Source: a virus (taxonomy: Duplodnaviria > Caudoviricetes). From it: a stretch of 64,000 nucleotides of DNA. The notes beneath the pieces were generated by a model. The model saw only the letters and a program-made list of their open reading frames with translations. It did no database searches and was not told the origin of the DNA. Shown here piece after piece: positions 1 to 7,703 of the stretch. The DNA is taken from IMG/VR virus record IMGVR_UViG_3300037067_012588; one strand, 5' to 3'. The position numbers were made by a program, and so were the translations under genes. Position 1 is the first letter of the stretch, and every line of letters begins with the position of its first letter.

Positions 1-986
1 AAACGGATAACAGCGGCAGGTTCTGGAAGCCAACCAGAGACACCAAGATTGTCCCGCTCAAGCGATTGCCTGATTTCTGCTCCTGCCCCAACAGATACGG
101 ACTTCACCGAACGAGTAATACCTTTCGAGCCATACGACTCAAGGCTTCTCCTGATACCCTTTGGACCAACAGAACCAACTGGACCCTCAACACCCTTTGG
201 ACCAACAGGACAACCCTTAAAGCCCTGAGTTTCAACAGACGAACCATCACTCATGTCCAGTGAATCCACCGAGCAACCAAATTCGCCATCGTCAACGTTC
301 GAGCAATAGGTCGCATGAGAACCATATGTCTGATGTGTCCACTCCATCACGGTCGAACGCATAATCGACTGCGGAGCAATCCTTGGGTTTTTCGGACGAA
401 AGAACCCGAACCCAAACGCAGGAACTGTGTTCTCTTTCCCGATAACGTGACTCGCAATATCACGACTCTCATCCTCAGAAAAGAAGAACTGCCGAACCTT
501 GCCATCTGGCTGACGGAAGCCATCCCACCAAAGAGTGTTTGGCGAGGAAACATAATTCTGGGCTGGCCATTCGTACCCACACTTCTGGCAAAAATTCGCA
601 TGACTGAACGGCTCATCATGAATCGGACAACGGTCAGAAAATTCCGACAACGTCAGCCCGTCCAACTTCAACCCAGAGATTGGGTTCATTCCCTTGACCG
701 AAGGAAGAACTGCCGTGTTCAGTCTGTCATTCATCGTCCAGTCAAACCACAAGCCCCACTCCGAGTCCACAGGGCAAACATACGTTCCAGCTTCACGACT
801 CCATGACGCTGGCGCACCCGGCAGCACAGCAATCGGATACACGGGTATAGACTCGCCAGCAGGAAGCCCATGAGGACTCCCGTTATCAACAAGCCTTGTA
901 GCCTTCTTCAATTCTGCCTTGAACCCAGCGTGTTCCATTCTGTAGATATGCCCATTCTTGGCAATCTCTCTCGCATAGAAACTCAT
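1..986 (-). CDS. Conserved hypothetical protein, 3'-partial (runs off the left edge; absent from the ORF track)
   Basis: Manual translation from ATG at 986 (RBS AAGGAGG) is open to position 1: MSFYAREIAKNGHIYRMEHAG...QNYVSSPNTLWWDGFRQPDGKVRQFFF...GPKGVEGPVGSVGPKG...SVGAGAEIRQSLERD. Confidence 0.85.
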   Translation of the reverse strand, partial: MSFYAREIAKNGHIYRMEHAGFKAELKKATRLVDNGSPHGLPAGESIPVYPIAVLPGAPASWSREAGTYVCPVDSEWGLWFDWTMNDRLNTAVLPSVKGMNPISGLKLDGLTLSEFSDRCPIHDEPFSHANFCQKCGYEWPAQNYVSSPNTLWWDGFRQPDGKVRQFFFSEDESRDIASHVIGKENTVPAFGFGFFRPKNPRIAPQSIMRSTVMEWTHQTYGSHATYCSNVDDGEFGCSVDSLDMSDGSSVETQGFKGCPVGPKGVEGPVGSVGPKGIRRSLESYGSKGITRSVKSVSVGAGAEIRQSLERDNLGVSGWLPEPAAVIR

Positions 987-1048
987 ATTTTTCCTCCTTT
1001 TTCGAAAATAGCTGCTGGGCAAAAATGAACCCAGCAGCCGTGAGTGGT

Positions 1049-2098
1049 CTAGAACCTCGGCTTTGTCCGAACATTGAACGGGTCAGAAACATGACTCGCT
1101 TCAGAAGAAGCCGTCCTCGAACGCAACGATGGAAGTTTGTCCTCCTCGCAACGCTCACGGAAAACGGCTGCAACATTCGGATAGTCAAGTTCGAGTGCGT
1201 TCATGTCATCGGAAGAACAAGAACGAGCATCGGCAATCAACTGCCTCAACGACGGACGTTCCTTCGGGCACTGACCAAGCTCGACAATCAACCGAACGAA
1301 CTGGCAAGCCTTATAGTCAACCCCTTCCCACGAATGACCACACTCATCACAGTACCCATCAAGGAGGAGAACACCTTTGTGAACAGGGCACTCGTAAAAG
1401 ACCTGTGACGGGAACACACCAGCAACAAACAGCCGATACAGTGCATCACTCACCTTGTAATGAATAGGCATTTCCCGCTTACGGGATTCCTTCAACATAC
1501 GCAGTGTGATTTCCTGATCGATCTTGCCATCACGCTCGCTTGAAAAAGCGACAAACGGACGACCCTTGGAACGACGCAAGAGTTCCTCGACAACCTCTGA
1601 CGAACTCTCAGGACTGTAGCGATTGAGAAGCTCAGCATCAGTCAACTGTCCAATCGGCTTCAAGGACGAAAAAACAACATCATCCAAAAGCGAAGCCTTC
1701 TTGTTCTCGGCATCCACGGCAGCCTTAAGGTCTTCCTTGTCCACTTCCTTGCCGTCCAACACATCTTCAAGAACACTGTCAGACTCACGACGTTTCAGGA
1801 TTGACCAAATCTTCTTGAAACGAAGAAGCGGCAAACGAGGCTCTTCTGACTCGCAAAACACCAAACGCCCATCCTCTTCCTTGAAGAGGTCGGACATCAG
1901 CATATCATACGAGTCCTGATCGTTGTAGATTCCGATGTAAGAGAGACGACTCCAAATGAGATTTTCAGCCGCAATCTCAAAGGAAATCTTTTCATCAGAA
2001 CCAGAGACACAAGTGGAGAGACCGATATTGGGGATACCAACGATGACTGTTGCAGCTTCGGAGACTTTAACCACGAGGGGAACGCAGGTAGGATTCAT
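1049..2098 (-). CDS. Hypothetical protein with a putative zinc finger (CPVH...CDEC)
   Basis: Long ORF; start moved to MNPTCV, which follows the RBS AGAAGGAG. Confidence 0.75.
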   Translation of the reverse strand: MNPTCVPLVVKVSEAATVIVGIPNIGLSTCVSGSDEKISFEIAAENLIWSRLSYIGIYNDQDSYDMLMSDLFKEEDGRLVFCESEEPRLPLLRFKKIWSILKRRESDSVLEDVLDGKEVDKEDLKAAVDAENKKASLLDDVVFSSLKPIGQLTDAELLNRYSPESSSEVVEELLRRSKGRPFVAFSSERDGKIDQEITLRMLKESRKREMPIHYKVSDALYRLFVAGVFPSQVFYECPVHKGVLLLDGYCDECGHSWEGVDYKACQFVRLIVELGQCPKERPSLRQLIADARSCSSDDMNALELDYPNVAAVFRERCEEDKLPSLRSRTASSEASHVSDPFNVRTKPRF

Positions 2099-2117
2099 TT
2101 TGATACTCCTTCTCTTT

Positions 2118-2269
2118 GACAGGTTATACTCAAACGAGTTTACCCTATCCGTTCGACAACTTACACGCATGGGACACCCCATGTACGCTTACGCTGTCAT
2201 TGCCACATTGACTCGGTTGTGGCCACGCCGCTCGCTCTGAGATTCTGTCCTCAGAAAACTTCATCGAAC
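2118..2269 (-). ncRNA. Structured 5' leader or cis-regulatory RNA candidate
   Basis: Closing stem GTTCGATGA/TTGTCGAAC encloses three hairpins (TCTGAG/CTCAGA, GCCACA/TGTGGC, CATGGG/CCCATG); a further hairpin GATAGG/CCTGTC abuts the RBS. Confidence 0.5.
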
Positions 2270-2329
2270 ACTACATAATAATTCCTCCAAAAATGTTCAC
2301 TCACGTCAATGAGAAATTTAAGAACACTT

Positions 2330-2359
2330 ACTATACAGCCAACAAACAAAAAATGTCAA
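2330..2359 (-). promoter_or_regulatory. Sigma70-type promoter
   Basis: TTGACA-N18-TATAGT in an intergenic gap. Confidence 0.7.
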
Positions 2360-2368
2360 CAAAAATCT

Positions 2369-2617
2369 CTAGGAATTCTCTTCCTGTTCTGTTTGGTAAA
2401 TCGCCCCACATGAACAAGTCACAGTCTCTGGTTCCATAACCCAATCGCCATGATTGAATTCTTCAGGGATTGACTCACCTGGAATCAAACCAATCATCTC
2501 ACGAATTTCATCATCAGTCATGTTTGCTTTCAATGACCTTTCAAAAAAACGCTTCCCACACTTTGGACATCTCCATGTAAACGCTGTCTCCAATCGCACG
2601 GTTCCTTGGATATCCAT
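2369..2617 (-). CDS. Small zinc-ribbon protein
   Basis: CPKC...CSC motifs; directly downstream of clpP. Confidence 0.7.
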   Translation of the reverse strand: MDIQGTVRLETAFTWRCPKCGKRFFERSLKANMTDDEIREMIGLIPGESIPEEFNHGDWVMEPETVTCSCGAIYQTEQEENS

Positions 2618-2618
2618 A

Positions 2619-3287
2619 TCAATTCCTTTTTTGCTTTGAATATAAATCATTCCACGAAGTCAAAATACCATCAGCAAAACCCCATTCAACAGCTTCCTCT
2701 GCAGAAAGGTAAACATCGCCCTTCTTATCCATCAATGCCTCAAGTTCTTGTCTTACCTCTTTTGCACTTTTCCCTGAAAAACGTTTTGACCCAACACAAC
2801 TTTCAACATAAATATCAAGCATCGTTTCATCAGACCTCTTCGAAAAATTGACAATGCTGTGAACCGTATGCGCCTCCCCGCCAACATCAAGCGTCCCCCA
2901 ATGAATCATGAAATATGAATTCGGGAGCATCAATCTCTTATCACCAGCTTGAAGAATCAAACTCGACATACTTCTCGCATGAGTATATGATACAATCGTC
3001 ACGGGATATGGCATCATTTTTATCGTGTCGTAAATCGACATACCCTCTTCCCAAACTCCACCACAAGTATGAAGATGAATAAGAACAGGTTTCTTTGCTG
3101 ATTCATGCCGAAGCATATGAAGATTCTTGATAACCTTGTTCGCCATGACATATTCTACGCCAGGTTCCTCGCCAACCTCTATCCCATTCAGTCGCTCAAC
3201 TCCATGAATCCAAACTTCTCGACTATCAAGATTGACCCAATACTCATGAATACTCTGGAGGTCAAATTCCGACATTTTTCCTGTCAT
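2619..3287 (-). CDS. clpP: ClpP-like ATP-dependent protease proteolytic subunit
   Basis: HTCGG...GMSIYDTIK, ARSMSS (catalytic Ser), FMIH (catalytic His), YLSAEEAVEWGFAD. Confidence 0.9.
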   Translation of the reverse strand: MTGKMSEFDLQSIHEYWVNLDSREVWIHGVERLNGIEVGEEPGVEYVMANKVIKNLHMLRHESAKKPVLIHLHTCGGVWEEGMSIYDTIKMMPYPVTIVSYTHARSMSSLILQAGDKRLMLPNSYFMIHWGTLDVGGEAHTVHSIVNFSKRSDETMLDIYVESCVGSKRFSGKSAKEVRQELEALMDKKGDVYLSAEEAVEWGFADGILTSWNDLYSKQKRN

Positions 3288-3331
3288 TTTTTTCTCCTCA
3301 AAGACATTCCTATTCTTTGCGGATTATAAAG

Positions 3332-3365
3332 AAAAAGGGACACCCCGAAAGATGTCCCTCTTTTG
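3332..3365. terminator. Intrinsic terminator downstream of the TROVE gene
   Basis: AGGGACA/TGTCCCT stem with A and T tracts on both sides. Confidence 0.7.
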
Positions 3366-3389
3366 TTTTCTTCCTAACTCCTTACGGAA

Positions 3390-5111
3390 TTAGAAGTTAC
3401 TGCGGATATAATCCATCGGAGGAACATCCTCGCCGCCAACACCCTCAGCCTTGAGCATCATCGCCAACACCGACTCATTGAAACCACCGAGAAGGTTGAG
3501 GCGGTTGTCCTTCTCGCAGAACGGGGTGTCGCCGTAACCCATCACGTTGATGCTGTGCAGCCACGTCTCCTTTGCACCCTCAATCCGCTTGAACTTCTTC
3601 CACTCATCGGCGCAGTTCTCGCTGCCCCAGCCGCTGTTCCAAGCCTGACCATCGCTCAGAATAATCAAGCGGTCGGGAACGTTCTTCTCCGAAATGAGCT
3701 TCTGGATAACCTTGTGCGTGTTCGTTGCACCACCATGATTGCCAACGTTCTTGGCGATGTTCATCATGGTCATGTGCTTCGTGATGTTGACCACACGAAC
3801 ATCATTGCTGAATGCGTAAAACTCAACCTCATCACCACGCCGAGCACAAATCGCACCGAGAGCACAAGCCGCATTGAACGCTGACAAAGAGGACATCTGA
3901 GAAATTGGCGTAGACATTGATCCAGAGTCATCAACCGCAACAATCGTGTGACCAGGCATCTTCGGGCAATTCTCGATAGCCGTCTCCGTCGCATTCTCAA
4001 CAGCCTCAAGCAACTTGGAAATATCAACACCACCTCCAAGCTTCGTCAGCTCGTTGTAAGCCGCAAGGTAACGGAACGGAAGCTGCTTGGACTTCCGAAC
4101 CTCATCGGCATTGGACAACTTCTCATACACCTTCTTGATAGTGTCCTTGCCAACACCAGCCTGAACAAGGTTCCGAAGATTGCGAAGCATTGCCATGTAG
4201 CCAACAAGGTCCTCGTCAATCAGGAACTCCCACACAGCCTTCTTGCCAGTCTCGCTCTTGCCAAACTGCGACAAGAGAACCTCCCAGTTGACGCTGGACT
4301 CCTTCGCCAACACACGAGCCTTGTCATCGAACGTATCCATCTTCGCCAGCATAGAACGCTTCATGGCAACAGGAGTCTCAGCACAAACAACGCCCGTCTT
4401 GAAATACGCCGACAAAGCGTTCGACATCGGCCAGCCCTTCTCACGAGGCAACCAACCCAGCACGTTGCCCCATGTCGGGAAGTCCTTGCCGTCATACTTC
4501 ATCAACGCAGCCTCGCCAATCTGCGACAAACGATTCGACAAACCAGTTGCAAGAGCATTCGACAGACACTTCATGCCGAACAGGTAACGATGCAACATCA
4601 AGCACGTCTTGATCTCGTCAGGACGCTTCACGATGAGGGGAACGTACTTCTTGACATACGGCTTCGTTGCCTCGATACGAGAAGCCAGCACGAGGAAAAC
4701 CTGCGGAGTCAAACGGATATTGCCCTCATTCCGCAGCCAGTTGGCAAGAGCGAGCAGGTCACGAGGATTCTTGCCCTGCGCAACATCGACAGCGGTGGCG
4801 ATAATCTCCTTCGCCACATCATCCAGCTCATCACAGTTGGCGAACTTCGCAGCCTTCGCCTCGTTCAGACGCAGACGCTCAGCGAGCTTTCCGAACTTGC
4901 CAGAAGCAAGACGGGTCGGGCGACAGCTATCGCCATTGTAATAGCGAGGCTCGGCGAAAAACGAACCACCCGTCATGGTCAGCAACTTAACCGCAGGGTC
5001 GGAAATGTCAAACGCAACACCCCCTGCACGGTTGACAGTCGCATCCTTGCTCTCAGACGGCTTGGAAGTCCGAACGAATGAAGCCTTCATCTTGTTGCTC
5101 ATAGTACCCAT
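3390..5111 (-). CDS. rsr: Ro60/Rsr-like TROVE-domain RNA-binding protein with C-terminal vWA domain
   Basis: NRAGGVAF, LRNEGNIR, YMAMLRNLRN, KSKQLPFRYLAAY, vWA MIDAS DDSGSM, GGATN, LIILSDGQ; start follows RBS GAGGAGG. Confidence 0.93.
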   Translation of the reverse strand: MGTMSNKMKASFVRTSKPSESKDATVNRAGGVAFDISDPAVKLLTMTGGSFFAEPRYYNGDSCRPTRLASGKFGKLAERLRLNEAKAAKFANCDELDDVAKEIIATAVDVAQGKNPRDLLALANWLRNEGNIRLTPQVFLVLASRIEATKPYVKKYVPLIVKRPDEIKTCLMLHRYLFGMKCLSNALATGLSNRLSQIGEAALMKYDGKDFPTWGNVLGWLPREKGWPMSNALSAYFKTGVVCAETPVAMKRSMLAKMDTFDDKARVLAKESSVNWEVLLSQFGKSETGKKAVWEFLIDEDLVGYMAMLRNLRNLVQAGVGKDTIKKVYEKLSNADEVRKSKQLPFRYLAAYNELTKLGGGVDISKLLEAVENATETAIENCPKMPGHTIVAVDDSGSMSTPISQMSSLSAFNAACALGAICARRGDEVEFYAFSNDVRVVNITKHMTMMNIAKNVGNHGGATNTHKVIQKLISEKNVPDRLIILSDGQAWNSGWGSENCADEWKKFKRIEGAKETWLHSINVMGYGDTPFCEKDNRLNLLGGFNESVLAMMLKAEGVGGEDVPPMDYIRSNF

Positions 5112-5133
5112 AGCTTTTACCTCCTCATTTTGT

Positions 5134-5199
5134 CGCACCGTTTTAGTGCGGAAGTGCGGAGAGACATTCCCCGCCAAAGACTCTCCAACACGGAGAGCC
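5134..5199 (-). promoter_or_regulatory. Three consecutive hairpins in the rsr 5' leader
   Basis: GGCTCTCC/GGAGAGTC, GCGGGGA/TCTCCGC, CGCACT/GGTGCG immediately before the RBS. Confidence 0.45.
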
Positions 5200-5208
5200 G
5201 TTTCTATC

Positions 5209-6099
5209 TCATCGTCCAGTCGTGGAAAAATTCAGGAAATGTTCGAAAATTTCCCACTTCTGCCCAACAGGCGGACGAAAACACTCATTCATCGGTCTTT
5301 GCCACCACTTGAACCCAGCAATATCGTGCAAAACCTTTTGCTGCTTACCCCTTCGACCTTGAACAAATAACTTTCCATCCGAGGTCTTTTTGTTTATGAA
5401 AAATGGACCATTAAAATGAGCATCAGCCCACTCAGCGCCAGACAAATATAAAACCTCTTTACCGAGTGCCGCAACGCATCCAACCAAATGTGCTTCATCT
5501 CCGAGCCCAACAAACGGCAGCGGAGAGTCTGCCCTTGCATACAACGCAAATTTTGATGTAAACGCCCACGCAGCAACCAAGTCCCAACTTGCAGAAACAT
5601 CCAAACACACGATTGATGACACAAACCAATCAATCTTTTTACCCACCAAGCTTTTTCCGTATTGCGCCCACTTCTCGGAAAAAACTATCTCGCCAGTTGT
5701 CGCCCCAGAAGGGTCAATCAGAAGCGCCTCATCCTTTTCAACCCAACGAGGAACAACGACATATCCCTGCTCCGCAGCCTCAAACGCCTCATCAATCCTG
5801 TCTGTCAAGACACTATCTGAATCTATCCAACAGACGATTCTTGCAATCTCCGATGAAAAGACAAAACAGCTTTGCTTTATCTGCCATGCCTGCTCTCGTG
5901 TTTCACATAACTTGCACGGAATTATTCCACCGAACGTAGGATGTTTGGTTATTTCATCAACTTGATCTTTGGTCAATCCTACATCCATAACAACAACAGG
6001 AATACTTCTACCGTAATAGATATAGACGCTGTTCATCAACGCCCGAAGTCCGAGAAAATATCCAGCATCTGACATCGTTACAAAGATACGGTCAAGCAA
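5209..6099 (-). CDS. GT-A fold glycosyltransferase (GT8-like)
   Basis: FVTMSDAGYFLGLRALMNSV, VVMDVGL, DxD motif WIDSD. Confidence 0.7.
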   Translation of the reverse strand: MLDRIFVTMSDAGYFLGLRALMNSVYIYYGRSIPVVVMDVGLTKDQVDEITKHPTFGGIIPCKLCETREQAWQIKQSCFVFSSEIARIVCWIDSDSVLTDRIDEAFEAAEQGYVVVPRWVEKDEALLIDPSGATTGEIVFSEKWAQYGKSLVGKKIDWFVSSIVCLDVSASWDLVAAWAFTSKFALYARADSPLPFVGLGDEAHLVGCVAALGKEVLYLSGAEWADAHFNGPFFINKKTSDGKLFVQGRRGKQQKVLHDIAGFKWWQRPMNECFRPPVGQKWEIFEHFLNFSTTGR

Positions 6100-6185
6100 G
6101 ACACTTCTCCAAAAAATCAGGACTGCTCAAAGGCAGCCCCAATACAAACCACTCTTACAGCCAGAAGGCATGGTGGATGTTTTTA

Positions 6186-6274
6186 TGGTAGCGGGGGCAG
6201 GGTTCGAACCTGCGCAAGCCTTATTAGGGTCTCCAGCTTATGAGGCTGACGAGTTACCACTTCTCCACCCCGCA
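6186..6274 (-). tRNA. tRNA-Met(CAT), initiator-like acceptor stem, long variable arm
   Basis: TGCGGGG...CCCCGCT-A-CCA, anticodon loop CTCATAA, T arm GCAGG-TTCGAAC-CCTGC, encoded CCA. Confidence 0.9.
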
Positions 6275-6280
6275 ATGTTG

Positions 6281-6394
6281 TTACTGCTTGTCTTTTTTCG
6301 CCTTCTTTGTGACCTTTGCTTCGTTCGAAGCCATAACCTTCTTCGACTTCTTCGATGCAACGGGTACTACTGTTCCCGTAATTTTCTTCGACAC
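6281..6394 (-). CDS. Small Lys-rich basic peptide (37 aa)
   Basis: GTG start after AAGGAAG; MSKKITGTVVPVASKKSKKVMASNEAKVTKKAKKDKQ; sits between ncRNAs. Confidence 0.55.
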   Translation of the reverse strand: MSKKITGTVVPVASKKSKKVMASNEAKVTKKAKKDKQ

Positions 6395-6421
6395 GTTTGT
6401 CTTCCTTTTGTAAGAAAAAAT

Positions 6422-6551
6422 CGACGCCAAAATTCGGCAAGGGCTATGTACTGCGGAATCGAACCGCTCCTCTGGGTTTAACGCCCAGCGTGCGCCATCA
6501 CACTCAGTCCTCAATCATGGTGGGGAAGTAACCCATGCCTGAAGAGCGTCG
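6422..6551 (-). ncRNA. Y-RNA-like unit 3, enclosing a tRNA-like domain
   Basis: Stems CGACGCT/GGCGTCG and GGCATGGG/CCCTTGCC, motif GGGTTACTTC, internal cloverleaf with a GGTTCGATTCC T loop; near rsr. Confidence 0.75.
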
Positions 6552-6562
6552 TAAAATAATAC

Positions 6563-6623
6563 TTCCGCCAAAAGGCGTGACAGGACTTTTTTCATAGAAG
6601 TAACCCATCACTGAAGAGCGGAA
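6563..6623 (-). ncRNA. Y-RNA-like unit 2 (minimal, stem only)
   Basis: Stems TTCCGCT/GGCGGAA and GTGATGGG/CCTGTCAC, motif GGGTTACTTC. Confidence 0.7.
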
Positions 6624-6632
6624 AAAGAACAC

Positions 6633-6926
6633 ACTCGATACCAATATGTTCTGACTAAGGCAACCGAACCCACAAGCCCATTCTGTTTGGGCGGCCGGTC
6701 GGGACCCTTTCGTCCCATGTCATTGAGCCTTTCCTCAAAGTCAACTGGACTTATCTCTTCCCAGCGGTCAGGGCTACTCCCAAGCCCATCAGCATGTCTT
6801 CTTTTTTTCCATGCAGTCACAGCTCTTTTGTATCACGATAAACCATCCATCGAACTGTCATAGCGGCTCACCGTATATCTTGTCTGAGTCTAGTAAGAAG
6901 TATCCCTAGTCACAAGCGTACCGAGC
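6633..6926 (-). ncRNA. Y-RNA-like unit 1 (about 290 nt, multi-hairpin inner domain)
   Basis: Stems CTCGGTAC/GTATCGAG and GACTAGGG/CCTTAGTC, motif GGGATACTTC, at least six internal hairpins. Confidence 0.7.
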
Positions 6927-6930
6927 TTAA

Positions 6931-6968
6931 TTTTCAAAGAGCTTTTCGTCGGCGACTATGGCACGACG
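6931..6968 (-). promoter_or_regulatory. boxB-like hairpin plus boxA-like antitermination element
   Basis: CGTCG/CGACG hairpin followed by GCTCTTTGAAAA, which resembles rrn boxA (TGCTCTTTAACA). Confidence 0.5.
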
Positions 6969-6983
6969 CTGTATTTCTGTCTT

Positions 6984-7011
6984 ACTATACGATCAAGAAC
7001 CCACAAATCAA
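6984..7011 (-). promoter_or_regulatory. Sigma70-type promoter of the ncRNA/tRNA operon
   Basis: TTGATT-N16-TATAGT with an upstream AT-rich tract. Confidence 0.55.
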
Positions 7012-7027
7012 CAAAAAAAATATTTTT

Positions 7028-7630
7028 TTACAGTACAACGCATTTGGCATCCTCAATCAACTCGTCGTTTCGAATCCCCTTTGGACACTTGTACCAAGAT
7101 GGAACACATCGTTTTGAATCCCGTGGGGTGTTGATAATCTTCCAAGTATTTCCAGCATTGATATTCGACACCCAAATACATTCTTTGAGTGGGACTGCGT
7201 AAAATGGTTCCTTAACACGCAATCCAGAGACTGGGTCCCTACACAGACGTGTAACAACTTCTGAACTTCGAATAACATCAAGTGTTGTCACAGAGAACAT
7301 ATTGAGGTTGTTGTTGAGTGAAAAATAATACTTCGACTCACTCTCTGGACCTTTCCTTTCGGGAACCCCAACATCTTCGTATTTGAATTCAAAATTAAAC
7401 CATCCTTCCCTCACCTCAACCTCTATAAAATGTGACTCTTTCAAAATCTTGTCAAAAATCAAAAAGTCTCCTTTTTTGAATTTTTCTTTTTGACTTGAAA
7501 GAACCGTCTTTAGCATATATTTGTTTGGAAACATGTTTGTCAAATAATTAGACGCAGCAACTACTCCCCTTGCGTTGTTCTTCAGATAAGAAGCATAGTT
7601 AAAGCTTCTGTTCCTTGCTTGTGCTGTCAT
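7028..7630 (-). CDS. Hypothetical protein
   Basis: MTAQARN start after GGAGG. Confidence 0.7.
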   Translation of the reverse strand: MTAQARNRSFNYASYLKNNARGVVAASNYLTNMFPNKYMLKTVLSSQKEKFKKGDFLIFDKILKESHFIEVEVREGWFNFEFKYEDVGVPERKGPESESKYYFSLNNNLNMFSVTTLDVIRSSEVVTRLCRDPVSGLRVKEPFYAVPLKECIWVSNINAGNTWKIINTPRDSKRCVPSWYKCPKGIRNDELIEDAKCVVL

Positions 7631-7703
7631 TTTATTACCTCCAAAAAAAATAAGGCAGAAGGAAAATCCCTCTGCCTCATTATACAAAGAACTCTGGTGA
7701 AAA

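Noticed and set aside
150-215. Collagen-like tail fibre
   Set aside because: Only about five Gly-X-Y triplets inside a globular protein; too short for a fibre
3948-5081. Long plus-strand ORF (377 aa), and similar ORFs at 9357, 23965, 25565, 33629 and 59327
   Set aside because: Antisense shadows of well-supported minus-strand genes, with no recognisable motifs or RBS
6446-6512. Functional ochre suppressor tRNA or stop-codon recoding
   Set aside because: G at position 33, broken acceptor stem, no CCA, and embedded in a larger stem. Known genes (rtcB, iscS, cca, rsr) are full length and TAA, TAG and TGA all act as stops.
6608-6820. 70-aa ORF MTAWKKRR
   Set aside because: No convincing RBS, and it lies within the long structured RNA unit
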